IMG/VR virus record: IMGVR_UViG_3300028048_000002
Coordinates: 32,001 to 96,000 of that record
Length of the DNA: 64,000 nt
From: a virus
Lineage: Duplodnaviria > Caudoviricetes
Strand: one strand, 5' to 3'
The stretch's first letter is position 1. Every line of letters starts with the position of its first letter. Shown here in pieces: positions 19,925 through 30,470 of the stretch. The notes below the pieces were generated by a model. It was not told the origin of the DNA. It saw only the letters and a list, made by a program, of their open reading frames with translations, and made no database searches. The position numbers were made by a program, and so were the translations under genes.

Positions 19925-21169
19925 TTAACTTGCATCAGGAATAGAACTTTCTTCTTTACTTTCATATGAAATAACTAAATCAGATCCATCAAATCCTATA
20001 CTGAAAATTCCGTTTTTTATAAAATTAGAATTCCAAAAATTTTCGGATTGACGATAATACCCAGGTAGTTTAGAAATATTCAACCCATATGGATGTTCTT
20101 TATCAGGAATACCGTCAATTTCAGGATATTCAATATATTCAGTATTAACTTTATCGTAAGCTATATCAAATAAATAGCCAGAAGAAGACTCAGAATCAAT
20201 TGCTACAACTTTTAAAGGTATAATTCCTCCAGGTACAGCAATTTGTAGTAAATTATTGAATTTACTATTATAAACCGTATTATGAATACTATCGTCTAAT
20301 TGTAATGATCCATATATATAATCACCTATATTTAGGTTTTGAGGTACATTGTTTAATTGACATTCAAATATCTGATAAGGATTCTCAGATAAGGTAAAAC
20401 TGCAATTGATATCAAAATCACATTTTAATGAATCATCGGATTTTTGAGTGTTTACATTTTCTAAATTAACCGGAACAACAAGTAATTCAGATATAACAAC
20501 ACTTGAAGGTCCTGAATTATGTAAGGCATTAGCATCTGTAACAACAAGAGAAATTCCAGCATCTATACTTTCATTAAAATATACAGACAGGAATCCTGAA
20601 ATAGAATGAGATATTGATACAGAAGTTTCAGTAGTTTCCGGTAATAGAATTTCATCACAGCACTGTAGTTTTTCAGATAATTCATTATCACTATTCTGTG
20701 TATATGCATTTATTTGAACATTATAAGTAGCACCTTTAAATTCTTTTGGAACATCAAATAGTACATTAGCACTCACAAAATAAAGTTTTTCAGCTAAAGT
20801 AGGGTCATAATCTTCATATAAACTTATATGTTGTGGGTCCAATGTAGGTACAACAAAACTCTGTATATATTTTCTAGGCTCGTCATAAAGATTGGCTTTA
20901 TGAGTAACATTCAATACACCTTCATTAGAAATTTCTAACGTATTACCTACTTTTATTAATCCTAAATCATCAGAAGATGCAATACCTACAGTGTAATTAT
21001 TAGAAACCACGCCATCTACTACACGTAGTCCTTGACCTATTTTGCATATACCATATTCTGTAGTTGAAGCTTTAGGAAAATCATCATAATTAGATAATAG
21101 TTTATCATCAATATACTCTCTAATACGTCTCCAAGCATATACTAAACCGTTTTCATCTAAGTATCCCAT
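19925..21169 (-). CDS. Fibre/adhesin protein
   Basis: N-terminal MGYLDENGLVYAWRRI anchor; ASxxxLGxIKVG fibre repeats. Confidence 0.6.
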   Translation of the reverse strand: MGYLDENGLVYAWRRIREYIDDKLLSNYDDFPKASTTEYGICKIGQGLRVVDGVVSNNYTVGIASSDDLGLIKVGNTLEISNEGVLNVTHKANLYDEPRKYIQSFVVPTLDPQHISLYEDYDPTLAEKLYFVSANVLFDVPKEFKGATYNVQINAYTQNSDNELSEKLQCCDEILLPETTETSVSISHSISGFLSVYFNESIDAGISLVVTDANALHNSGPSSVVISELLVVPVNLENVNTQKSDDSLKCDFDINCSFTLSENPYQIFECQLNNVPQNLNIGDYIYGSLQLDDSIHNTVYNSKFNNLLQIAVPGGIIPLKVVAIDSESSSGYLFDIAYDKVNTEYIEYPEIDGIPDKEHPYGLNISKLPGYYRQSENFWNSNFIKNGIFSIGFDGSDLVISYESKEESSIPDAS

Positions 21170-21187
21170 GATAACTCCGTGAAATCA

Positions 21188-21448
21188 TTAATTATTTACA
21201 GGTGCTTCTGAAGAATTTGAAGGTTCAAATTGTAATAAATCATTATTGATTATATTTATGATATCATCAGTTAGATTTTCTGCTAAAGTCGGAGTAATTT
21301 CATTATTAATATAATTTTTAACCTCATCAGAAACATCTTCTTTAATAGCATCTAATTGTGTTGTTACTTCAGATTCTAGCTTACCATCTACGTAATCTCT
21401 AAGCTGCTTCCATATATAAACTAGCCCATTTTCATCTAAGTAACCCAC
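21188..21448 (-). CDS. Short protein consisting mainly of the fibre anchor motif
   Basis: MGYLDENGLVYIWKQL, near-identical to the start of 19925-21169. Confidence 0.55.
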   Translation of the reverse strand: MGYLDENGLVYIWKQLRDYVDGKLESEVTTQLDAIKEDVSDEVKNYINNEITPTLAENLTDDIINIINNDLLQFEPSNSSEAPVNN

Positions 21449-21506
21449 TATTACTCCTTAGGATAAAAATTCAGTTACATACGTAAATAAGGTGATGTAA
21501 TTGAAT

Positions 21507-22889
21507 TTAAAGCATTGCATATAATCCAGTTAAATTCTTTGACGCTGAGGAAGAACTTGCTGAACCCACATTATGAACGCCTCCTGCAGCATAAGTACAA
21601 GTTCCATCAGAACTGACTTTAACTGTAGCTAATGCTACTTGTGCTCCATTACCCGGATCATAACCTCCAACAAAGTTTATATTACCTGAAGCTGATCGAA
21701 ACCCTACTAATGAATATCCACCAGATAATGTTAACAAGAAAAATCTATATTTTAAAACATCGGGTAATTTTGTAGAACCTAATTGGTTACCTTTTGCTAC
21801 ATTCCCTGTAAATATAGTTTTATAAGTTAAGCCACCTAAATTCTCACGATTAATACCTAAAGCTGCGCGGGCTTCAGCTGCTGTTGTTTTTCCTGTTCCC
21901 CCTTTAGCTATGCTTACTACAGGTAAATCTGCATTCACTAACTTTCTAAAAGACGAAGAACCTTTTGATCCAGATGCAGGCCCTGCAAATACAGTATTTA
22001 TAGCAATACTATCATTATTTACTCCAGTACCTCCGCTAGTTTTAGGAGCAATTCCCAAACCAGCATAAGTTATTCCAAGATCTTGTTTAAATTTAGCAGT
22101 ATCAGAGCAACTATAAAATCGGGTACCATCAGCATTTACACCTACTGAAAATTGATTAGTAATTAATGTATTAGAGCTATTTTCACCATAAGCTTCAATA
22201 CTACTATACTTTTTACCATCAGATTTAGTTTGTCGAACTTTATAGCTACCAATTAATTTGTCATTTAAATCTCTAACCCCAAAAGCACGTAGATCATCTA
22301 CACTAGATTTTTTATTATAACCTCTATTCATGCTGATAGAATCTAAATACATGTTTCCTTCTGTATTAAATATTCCATGCTTAAGAATTGACGGATCAGT
22401 AGAACTTGTAGCTTTGGAATAAAAATGTATTACAGAATCTGAAGTTAAAATTAAATCTTTTCCTGAAGCTAAATTAAAATCAGACAAGTATCCATTTGAA
22501 ACTAAAGCTTCTAAATTTTGAGGGCTAGCTCCTCCGCCTATAATCATATCCCCACCAGATTTAACAAGCATGTTATACCAATTGCTTGAACCTGTATAAT
22601 TTGTCTGCGGATATACCCTAATATAACTATAATATGTAGGATCCGCATCAATATCACTTGAACTAGAAGCTACAGATAATTGTAATTCAGATAAATTTTG
22701 ATCTGTACCGTTTATTACAACTTTGTTTCTAGCATAAAGAAACCCTTTAAGTTTCCCTCCAGTTATAGGAAAATATTGAGACAATGTACCATCCGGCAAA
22801 GTGTGTAACTCAATCTGCTCTTGTACATACGTTTTGATTTTTTCCCAGAATGCTTGAAGACCTGGTTGAATTGTTCTATTAGTAGGCAT
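21507..22889 (-). CDS. Tail fibre (paralogue of 23363-24697)
   Basis: GLQAFWEKIK anchor; PITGG; VFAGP..FRKLVNADLP..IAKGGTG shaft motif. Confidence 0.7.
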   Translation of the reverse strand: MPTNRTIQPGLQAFWEKIKTYVQEQIELHTLPDGTLSQYFPITGGKLKGFLYARNKVVINGTDQNLSELQLSVASSSSDIDADPTYYSYIRVYPQTNYTGSSNWYNMLVKSGGDMIIGGGASPQNLEALVSNGYLSDFNLASGKDLILTSDSVIHFYSKATSSTDPSILKHGIFNTEGNMYLDSISMNRGYNKKSSVDDLRAFGVRDLNDKLIGSYKVRQTKSDGKKYSSIEAYGENSSNTLITNQFSVGVNADGTRFYSCSDTAKFKQDLGITYAGLGIAPKTSGGTGVNNDSIAINTVFAGPASGSKGSSSFRKLVNADLPVVSIAKGGTGKTTAAEARAALGINRENLGGLTYKTIFTGNVAKGNQLGSTKLPDVLKYRFFLLTLSGGYSLVGFRSASGNINFVGGYDPGNGAQVALATVKVSSDGTCTYAAGGVHNVGSASSSSASKNLTGLYAML

Positions 22890-22919
22890 TTTACCTCTCT
22901 TAATGACTTTATCGTAAAG

Positions 22920-23348
22920 TTATACTTCTTTAACTACTTTTTCCCAATATTTTGAAATAGTTGGAACAGTTTTTGGAGTACTATTATGCGAAACAATGCA
23001 TTTGTATAAAACATCATCATACGACACTATTGAATCTTTTGCATAATATTCAGTTTCTACCCAATCAGGAAAGAAATTATACATTCTAGAAACTACATCA
23101 TCTGGAAGTAAAGGTAGAACAGTTTGTGGTGAATTTTGTACCAAAGCACTAATTACATCTGAAGCACTTGCAGGTTGCGAAGTAGATTCAATAGGTTGTT
23201 TTACAAATTCGTCACCAATTAATACATAATCTTCAAAATTTTCTGGAAACTCTAAAGTAGTGTAAGTCCATAAATTTGTATCTTGAATTGGAGGTTCTTC
23301 ATATCGTAAACCTATTACTCTGTTTTCAGCATTTAATTGATACCACAT
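22920..23348 (-). CDS. Fibre-associated protein with a C-terminal CBM5/12-like module
   Basis: WVETEYYAKDSIVSYDDVLYKCIVSH..P..W. Confidence 0.6.
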   Translation of the reverse strand: MWYQLNAENRVIGLRYEEPPIQDTNLWTYTTLEFPENFEDYVLIGDEFVKQPIESTSQPASASDVISALVQNSPQTVLPLLPDDVVSRMYNFFPDWVETEYYAKDSIVSYDDVLYKCIVSHNSTPKTVPTISKYWEKVVKEV

Positions 23349-23362
23349 ATTTCACCTCTAGT

Positions 23363-24697
23363 TTAAATTAACCCAAATAAACCTGTAATATTTCTAGCTT
23401 TTGATAACGCAGTACCTGAACCTACACTATGTTCACCACCAGCTATATACGTACATTTACCTTTAGTATCTACAGCAATTTGGGCAAGTTCTACATGAGC
23501 GCCATTTCCTAAGTCTTTACCACCTACAAGATATATATTACCAGAAGCTGATGTAGATCCTGTACGATAACCATAAGTATAACAGCCATTTGTTAAAGTA
23601 GCCATGAAATATCTGTAGTTAAAAACAGCAGTATTTGTACCTATTACTCCACCTGAAGCTACGTTTAAAGAAGAAAATACAGTTTGATATGAAATACCAC
23701 CTAAATTAGCACGAGTAACGCCTAAAGCTGAACGGGCTTCAGCTGCTGTTGTTTTTCCTGTTCCACCTTTTGAAATAGGTATAACTGGTAAATCATTAGC
23801 TACTATTGCTCTAAATGTAGCATTCCCAGCATTTCCAGAAGATGGGCCTGCAAAAACTTTATTTATTGCAACACTATTATTGTTAACTTGTGTTCCACCT
23901 TGTGCTCTGGGCACTATACCTAGTGTAGAATAATTTATACCCATATCAGATCTAAATTTAGTTTTATCTGAACATGTATAATATCTAGTTCCTGTTTTAT
24001 CAACACCTACACAAAACGAATTCCACACACCTGTATTAGTAGAATTAAAACCATAAGCTTCAAGCATTGCAAGTTTACTGCCATCAGATTGTTGTCTGCC
24101 AGTAAATCTACCTACTACTTTTTTATTTTTATCATATACAGCAAATACTTTTGAGTAATTTTGATCTAATGTAACGTTATAGGTATTATCCATATCATTA
24201 GAATATGTATACATACTACCATCAGTACCAATCAAAAGATGATTTCTTGAACTGAAAGTATTGCAATTAGTGTATACATGGATTGCATTATCAGCACTTA
24301 ATGCTAATGCTTCAGATGTTTTTGAAAAATCTGTTAACGTTCCATTATTAACTGCATCGTAGATAGCACTAGGTGACTCTCCCCCACCTATTATTATATT
24401 GCCACCAGATCTTATCACCATGTTATGTCCAGCAGCGGGTGATAGTCCTTGATCATAAGCTTGTATGTAACTTACATAGTCGTTATTTGAAGTAGTAAAT
24501 GCTAATTTAGGTTGAGAGTTTTTTATGTCCAACAATCCGTCAACTTGTAGATTACCAGTTACTTCTCCACCAGAAATTGGCAAAAAATCACCTGAAGCGC
24601 CACCACCGTGCTGATTAACATAATTGGCAACATATTGCTTTATTTTTGACCAAAAAGTTTCTAAACCCTGATAATTTAGATATTTATCATCAGCCAT
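23363..24697 (-). CDS. Tail fibre
   Basis: KYLNYQGLETFWSKIK anchor; LPISGG; ISKGGTGKTTAAEAR. Confidence 0.7.
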   Translation of the reverse strand: MADDKYLNYQGLETFWSKIKQYVANYVNQHGGGASGDFLPISGGEVTGNLQVDGLLDIKNSQPKLAFTTSNNDYVSYIQAYDQGLSPAAGHNMVIRSGGNIIIGGGESPSAIYDAVNNGTLTDFSKTSEALALSADNAIHVYTNCNTFSSRNHLLIGTDGSMYTYSNDMDNTYNVTLDQNYSKVFAVYDKNKKVVGRFTGRQQSDGSKLAMLEAYGFNSTNTGVWNSFCVGVDKTGTRYYTCSDKTKFRSDMGINYSTLGIVPRAQGGTQVNNNSVAINKVFAGPSSGNAGNATFRAIVANDLPVIPISKGGTGKTTAAEARSALGVTRANLGGISYQTVFSSLNVASGGVIGTNTAVFNYRYFMATLTNGCYTYGYRTGSTSASGNIYLVGGKDLGNGAHVELAQIAVDTKGKCTYIAGGEHSVGSGTALSKARNITGLFGLI

Positions 24698-24764
24698 ATT
24701 ACCTGATACCCTTCAAATCAAATTATATACGAAACAATTAGATTGAAGGTTTCATATTAGCTAG

Positions 24765-25751
24765 CTAAAGATTTTCAATAAAATTTAACCAATCCTCTAT
24801 AGTTATTGACTCCATAGGCATACCTTCGAGAACACTTCTAGATCTAACATTATTAGAAATCATCATTTTATCTTGATCTTTAAGCTCATCCCATAGATAC
24901 TTGTATTTTTTTAAATATGATTTGAATCTACGATCTACTTGATGCCTATAATCAGCATTAATTGTATCAATCCACTCTTTTTTATTCATGGTATAATATG
25001 CATCAAATATCATTACAGCAGAATGAAATTGAGCTTTTTCAAATAATTTTCTATAAAGAAGTTCTGATACTAATGCATCATTAGAGTCAATCATATTTGA
25101 ATATGTTTTTAGTATGTACTTTGGGTCATGCCTACACACGCTAGCGTCACGCCATTTCCACAAATAAAAAGCTGTAGGACAATATTTTGCTCTATTCGGA
25201 TTTGCAATACTTTGAACCAACACATTAAAATAGCTATCTTCATGTACAGTTAAGTTCGGATTAAACTTTAAATTATTTTGCATTAAAAACTTTCGTCTAT
25301 GTACTTTACCATGAACAAAAGTTGAATCCATTTCATGGTTTACATACACGGGTTCACCTGTTTCAGGATTACGAGTTTCTTCTATAAACATGGATGTAAG
25401 TGTATCAAATCCAGCTTCTATCTCATTAAAAATGATATATAATCCACAAACATGACAAAACATATCATCAGCATCACAAAACATAACATAATCGGCTTTT
25501 GCAGCTCTTAATGCAGCATTACGAGCTTCACTTACTCCGAGTTTTTCGGGTAAACTTACTTGTTTAACCTCAAAGGAGTAAGAATCATTCCATTCAGATA
25601 TAGGGAGTTCAATAGCTTTTGGACCATCATAAGCTATGATAACTCCAACTTCTGCTAAATCAACTGATTGTTGTATAGAAATTGAATTTAATAAATTTTC
25701 AATTTCATTATATGCTTCATCATAATGGGGGATTAATATCTGTAATTTCAT
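24765..25751 (-). CDS. Glycosyltransferase family 2
   Basis: ILIPHY, GVSEARNAAL, YVMFCDADD (DxD), HED motif. Confidence 0.88.
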   Translation of the reverse strand: MKLQILIPHYDEAYNEIENLLNSISIQQSVDLAEVGVIIAYDGPKAIELPISEWNDSYSFEVKQVSLPEKLGVSEARNAALRAAKADYVMFCDADDMFCHVCGLYIIFNEIEAGFDTLTSMFIEETRNPETGEPVYVNHEMDSTFVHGKVHRRKFLMQNNLKFNPNLTVHEDSYFNVLVQSIANPNRAKYCPTAFYLWKWRDASVCRHDPKYILKTYSNMIDSNDALVSELLYRKLFEKAQFHSAVMIFDAYYTMNKKEWIDTINADYRHQVDRRFKSYLKKYKYLWDELKDQDKMMISNNVRSRSVLEGMPMESITIEDWLNFIENL

Positions 25752-25759
25752 TTATATAC

Positions 25760-27574
25760 CTATTCTGCAACAGAGACAATACGTGAAGAAATTAAAGACC
25801 AATTTAAACCTCCTATAAATTGATAATATAAAGAAGCAGGTACATATACTGAACCGTAAGTTCCTGCAACATCAATATATCCTCCAATAGGTGTATTTGC
25901 AAATGCTGTCGAGGTAATTAATGAACATAGCTTAGAAACATTTTCTAGATGTAACTCAGTCAAACGAACGCATCCGTCAAAAGCACGAGAATAAATTGTA
26001 GTAGCTTTAGAAAAATACACTGCTTCCAAATTCGTGCACCCATTAAATGCACTACTTCCAGTTGCAGTAACAGCTGGAAAAGTTGCTGATGTTAAACTTG
26101 TGCACCCTTGAAATGCAGACCATTGAATTGTCGTAGCTGTTGGAAAACTTATTGTTGACAAATTCGTACAATTCCAAAACGTACCCATTGCAATTGTCGT
26201 AGCAGTGGGGAAATACGCCGCTTTCAAATTCGTACACCCATCAAAGGCATAGCTTCCAGTTGTCGTAGCGGATGGAAAGCTTACTTCCTCCAAACTCGTA
26301 CACATTCGAAATGCAGACCCTTGAATTGTCGTAGCAGCTGGAAAACTTATTGTTGACAAATTCGTGCACCCAGAAAAAGCAAAAGGTCCAATAGATGTAG
26401 CTAAAGGGAAAATTGCTTCTGACAAACTTGTACACCCTTGAAATGCACTACTTCCAATTGTAGTAACAACTGGAAAACTCACTGATGTTAAACTCGTACA
26501 TCCTTGAAATGCATATCCTTGAATTGTCTTAGCGGATGGAAAGTTCGCTGATAATAATCCTCCGCACTGAGAAAATGCATTATTTCCAATCGTAGTAACC
26601 GCCGGGAAACTCACCTCTGATAAACTCGTACACTTGGAAAATGCATAAGATCCAATTGTAGTAACAGCTGGAAAACTTATTAATTCTAAACTTGCACAAC
26701 TATGAAATGCTTGGGTTGGAATCGAAGTTAAAGATGGAAAATCTACTGTTTTCAAACTCGTACAATCCTTAAACGCGCTGCTCCCAATTGAAGTAACCAA
26801 AGGAAAACTTGCTTCTGACAAACTTGTGCACCCATTGAACACATCCCCCTGAAATGTAGTAGCAGAGGGAAAACTCACTGATGTTAAACTCGTACACCCT
26901 TGAAATGCATCTTGCCCAATTGAAGTAACCAAAGGAAAACTTGCTTCTGACAAACTTGTGCAAAGTTGAAATGCATAATTACTGATTGTAGTAGCTACTG
27001 GAAAACTCACTGTTGTTAAACTCGTGCACCCATTGAACGCACTGCTTCCAATTGAAGTAACCAAAGGAAACCTTGCTTCGGCCAAACTCGTACAAAGTTG
27101 AAATGCATAAGGACCGATTGTAGTAGCTACTGGAAAACTCCCTGCAGTCAAATTAGAACACCTATGAAATGCATAATTACTGATTGTAGTAGCTGCTGGA
27201 AAACTTATTGTTGACAAATTCGTACACCCAGCAAATGCATCTTGTCCAATTGAAGTAACAGAGGGAAAACTCACTGTCGATAAACTTGAACAGCCACTAA
27301 ATGCATAATTACCAATTGTAGTTGCAGAAGAAAAACTCACTGTTGTCAAATTCGTACAATCATAAAAAGCATATTTTTTAATTGATGTTACTGAAGCATT
27401 TTCAACTTCAGTAATACTTCCGTCAATTAAAGCACCAATATTACCACCTGTTGATATTGATGCAATTTCATTAGGCATTTCATCAACAGTCATTGTAGCA
27501 CTTTTACCAGTTTTTAGTCGTATAGCATTTGCGATTGATGTTAATTTTGAATCATCAAGATATCCTATAGTCAT
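25760..27574 (-). CDS. BspA-type leucine-rich repeat (LRR_5) protein
   Basis: ~20 tandem 22-aa repeats FPxxTxIGxxAFxGCTSL; N-terminal LTSIANAIRLKTG. Confidence 0.88.
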   Translation of the reverse strand: MTIGYLDDSKLTSIANAIRLKTGKSATMTVDEMPNEIASISTGGNIGALIDGSITEVENASVTSIKKYAFYDCTNLTTVSFSSATTIGNYAFSGCSSLSTVSFPSVTSIGQDAFAGCTNLSTISFPAATTISNYAFHRCSNLTAGSFPVATTIGPYAFQLCTSLAEARFPLVTSIGSSAFNGCTSLTTVSFPVATTISNYAFQLCTSLSEASFPLVTSIGQDAFQGCTSLTSVSFPSATTFQGDVFNGCTSLSEASFPLVTSIGSSAFKDCTSLKTVDFPSLTSIPTQAFHSCASLELISFPAVTTIGSYAFSKCTSLSEVSFPAVTTIGNNAFSQCGGLLSANFPSAKTIQGYAFQGCTSLTSVSFPVVTTIGSSAFQGCTSLSEAIFPLATSIGPFAFSGCTNLSTISFPAATTIQGSAFRMCTSLEEVSFPSATTTGSYAFDGCTNLKAAYFPTATTIAMGTFWNCTNLSTISFPTATTIQWSAFQGCTSLTSATFPAVTATGSSAFNGCTNLEAVYFSKATTIYSRAFDGCVRLTELHLENVSKLCSLITSTAFANTPIGGYIDVAGTYGSVYVPASLYYQFIGGLNWSLISSRIVSVAE

Positions 27575-27575
27575 T

Positions 27576-28439
27576 TTAATAGCTCCCAGAATCTAAGTTA
27601 TTTAGAGTTGTTTCATTAAAGAACCAGTCAAACCCTAAACCATCAATAGAACTAATAGTTTGTTGTATAAGAATTCCATTTACAACAGACAAATTACTAA
27701 ATCTTGCATATGTTGAATATGAATTTTTAGCTGATACAGAAGCAAGTTCAAATAGCATACCATTATATTGTCCAACAACTTTAGCACCTCTATAAAAATT
27801 CTGTACAATATCGTTTCTGCCAAAATGAGTAGATGTTTTCAGATGCCCTGTTGAAGAATCTAAAGTGAATTCCACAAACATAGTACTACATTCATAATAT
27901 GTAGTTTGATTAACTATATCATTAGAATCAATACTGAGTAGCATACTACAAGAATCAATACCGAAATTTGGAATAATATCACCATTCAATAAATAATTAT
28001 AATGATTCTGAAATACAATTTCATGTTTAGAAGTATTGTCTGTCCATTTCATAGCATAATACATGCTTCCAATACTTGAAGAATTATCAGGATCAGGAAA
28101 ATTTACTACTGCTGCTTTACCTGAGTTTAAGTGAGCAAGTATTTCATCAAATGTTTTATCAAAAGTTATAGGTCCGTATTCAGCATACCAATCATCATAC
28201 TCTTGAGTAGCATTGATAATCATTAAATTATCATCACCTTTTGGACCCTGTGGGCCAGGTTCACCTTGTGGACCTTGCGGACCATCAAAAGCTCCCGCAT
28301 CAGCTTGCTCTTGAATATCGGCAATTAAATTATTTAATTGATCTTGTGCTTCAGTTAAAAATAAATGTACATATTCACGTATTTTAGAATAAGTATTAGG
28401 ACTGATATAAACTTTTAAAGGATTAGTTATTAATGCCAT
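27576..28439 (-). CDS. Fibre protein with a short collagen-like segment
   Basis: GPQGPQGEPGPQGPKG. Confidence 0.6.
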   Translation of the reverse strand: MALITNPLKVYISPNTYSKIREYVHLFLTEAQDQLNNLIADIQEQADAGAFDGPQGPQGEPGPQGPKGDDNLMIINATQEYDDWYAEYGPITFDKTFDEILAHLNSGKAAVVNFPDPDNSSSIGSMYYAMKWTDNTSKHEIVFQNHYNYLLNGDIIPNFGIDSCSMLLSIDSNDIVNQTTYYECSTMFVEFTLDSSTGHLKTSTHFGRNDIVQNFYRGAKVVGQYNGMLFELASVSAKNSYSTYARFSNLSVVNGILIQQTISSIDGLGFDWFFNETTLNNLDSGSY

Positions 28440-28460
28440 TATAGTCTTCTTTCATATAAA

Positions 28461-29750
28461 TTACTTAGGAATATCAGAAGATTCTTCAATATATGTATAT
28501 GTACTAGAAGAAGGATAATTAGCTGCGGTTGTGTAAGCTTCTAAACTTCCTGCCGGAACATATATCTTACAATTAGTAGGAAGGTTTGACCACACATTTG
28601 AAGATGCGGTAGGGGGCGTAGCGCGTTTAAATTTGATTTCACCTAAACCATAACAATTTTCAAATGCACGTGCATATATAGAAGAAACACTCTTAGGTAT
28701 TGTTATAGAGGCGAGAGAACTACAAGTTGAAAAAATATCTGAATCTAATAACGTAATACCTTGAGGTATTGATATATTTCGCAAATATCCACAATTTTTA
28801 AAAGCATACATGCTAATAGTATTAATTGTATAAGGTAAAGATATAAATGAAATTAAACTGTTTTCAAAAGCATACCGGTCAATAGTAGTAATACCTACAG
28901 GTAAAGATATAATAACTGAAAAAGTCGAAGCAAAAGTTGAACTTCTAATAATTGTAACACCTTTCGGTATTGTTACAAATTTGAGCCTAGCGCATGAGCC
29001 AAAAGTACTACCAGCTATATCATCAAGTGTATATGGAATTGTTAAAGTTTCAAGATGATAACAATTAGACAACCCATACCCTTGAAACTTCATAGAATCA
29101 CCAAGTCTTACAGCTTTTATGCAATTTCCGTAAACTCGATTGTAAGATGCTGAAGAAAAATTTCCATGCATAAAAGGCTTAGCATATTCAGATCTAATTG
29201 CTGCTTCTCCAGATTTTACATGAATTTTAATTGTGTAATGTCCTGAAGTTGCATAAACATGCGGTATATACAAATTAGTACCTATTGAAGTTCCTGTAAT
29301 AGTATCAACGCTAGATTCATCATCCCAGTTAATTTCTACTTCACCATTTATGCCCAATGTTAGATACGGAGATAATCGACCGTCTAGCATAATTACATCA
29401 ATTTCAGTATCACCACTCTCTGTGATGTACATCTGGCCAACGTCACACGTACCCATAGCTAAGAATTGCTCTTCTACTTCTTCAAGCGTATAATTCCATC
29501 CTTGAGCTACAAGCCCCTTATGCTGAGGATTTTTGGGCAATGAATCAGGTGGAACTTTATAACTTGCTACTAATGTACCATCATAATCAAAAAATCTAAT
29601 AGGGTCTTCAATAGAACCTATAGGTATTACAGGTTTAGGCCCTCTACCATCGGGAAAATCTTCAATATTATCTATAACTACATGAATTTCATCATACATG
29701 TTTACTGGCATATTACCTAATGCAGTACCTGATATATCATTTATAGACAT
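28461..29750 (-). CDS. Protein with Ig/PKD-like and BspA LRR domains
   Basis: FFDYDGT..GWN; HVYATSGHYTI; IPxGITxI..AF repeats; KIYVPAGSLEAY cap. Confidence 0.75.
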   Translation of the reverse strand: MSINDISGTALGNMPVNMYDEIHVVIDNIEDFPDGRGPKPVIPIGSIEDPIRFFDYDGTLVASYKVPPDSLPKNPQHKGLVAQGWNYTLEEVEEQFLAMGTCDVGQMYITESGDTEIDVIMLDGRLSPYLTLGINGEVEINWDDESSVDTITGTSIGTNLYIPHVYATSGHYTIKIHVKSGEAAIRSEYAKPFMHGNFSSASYNRVYGNCIKAVRLGDSMKFQGYGLSNCYHLETLTIPYTLDDIAGSTFGSCARLKFVTIPKGVTIIRSSTFASTFSVIISLPVGITTIDRYAFENSLISFISLPYTINTISMYAFKNCGYLRNISIPQGITLLDSDIFSTCSSLASITIPKSVSSIYARAFENCYGLGEIKFKRATPPTASSNVWSNLPTNCKIYVPAGSLEAYTTAANYPSSSTYTYIEESSDIPK

Positions 29751-29781
29751 ACTACACACCCAAACTCTAAAAAAGTTATTG

Positions 29782-30393
29782 CTATTCAATATTACTAGCA
29801 TTTCCAAAGTAAATATAATTTACATCATCCGCAAACAAGTCATCTAGCACAATCAGTTGAAATGAACCTAAAAATTGAGACGAATCTTCATCAGATTGTA
29901 TTTTACATGAAATATATTTTGATTCATCTATTAAACCTGATTTGTATTCGATATAAGAATAATAACTTGTATCAGCATTTCCTACATATATGTGATCTTC
30001 AGAAAAACCGAAAGAATCACCAGAACCTGCAGCAAATAATAAATAGTTTAAAGGTGCTGAAAAGGTTATATCTCCGGAACCTATACAGGAAAAATCACAC
30101 AACATTAAACTCTCTGAATGAACAATAGACAATAAATTATCAAATGAACCAAAACTACAAGAAAAATTATTAAGTTTAACAGTTTCATTTATATCATAAA
30201 GAAGTTCAGAATTAATAGGTAACACTGCAACTTCATAATAATCACAAGATGAACTATGGAATTTTGCAAAATTTAATGACTCAAGTCCGCCTGCAGGTTT
30301 AAGCTCCTCAGCATTATCAACTACAATATGAAGAGGTTCTGGAATATTTAAAGCTATATTACCTAAAGTTGTGTTTGCTATGTATTTATCCAT
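29782..30393 (-). CDS. Protein sharing its N-terminus with 28461-29750
   Basis: IANTTLGNIALNIPEPLHIVVDNAE versus ISGTALGNMPVNMYDEIHVVIDNIE. Confidence 0.55.
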   Translation of the reverse strand: MDKYIANTTLGNIALNIPEPLHIVVDNAEELKPAGGLESLNFAKFHSSSCDYYEVAVLPINSELLYDINETVKLNNFSCSFGSFDNLLSIVHSESLMLCDFSCIGSGDITFSAPLNYLLFAAGSGDSFGFSEDHIYVGNADTSYYSYIEYKSGLIDESKYISCKIQSDEDSSQFLGSFQLIVLDDLFADDVNYIYFGNASNIE

Positions 30394-30470
30394 GTTAATC
30401 CTTAAGATCTACACGTATATTATTAAACTAAATACAAAATTCATAAGAATATAAATGCAAAATTGGTTAT

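Noticed and set aside
25900-27400. 66-bp tandem repeats as a DGR or non-coding array
   Set aside because: Explained by LRR_5 protein repeats; no RT or adenine-specific template/variable pair seen.
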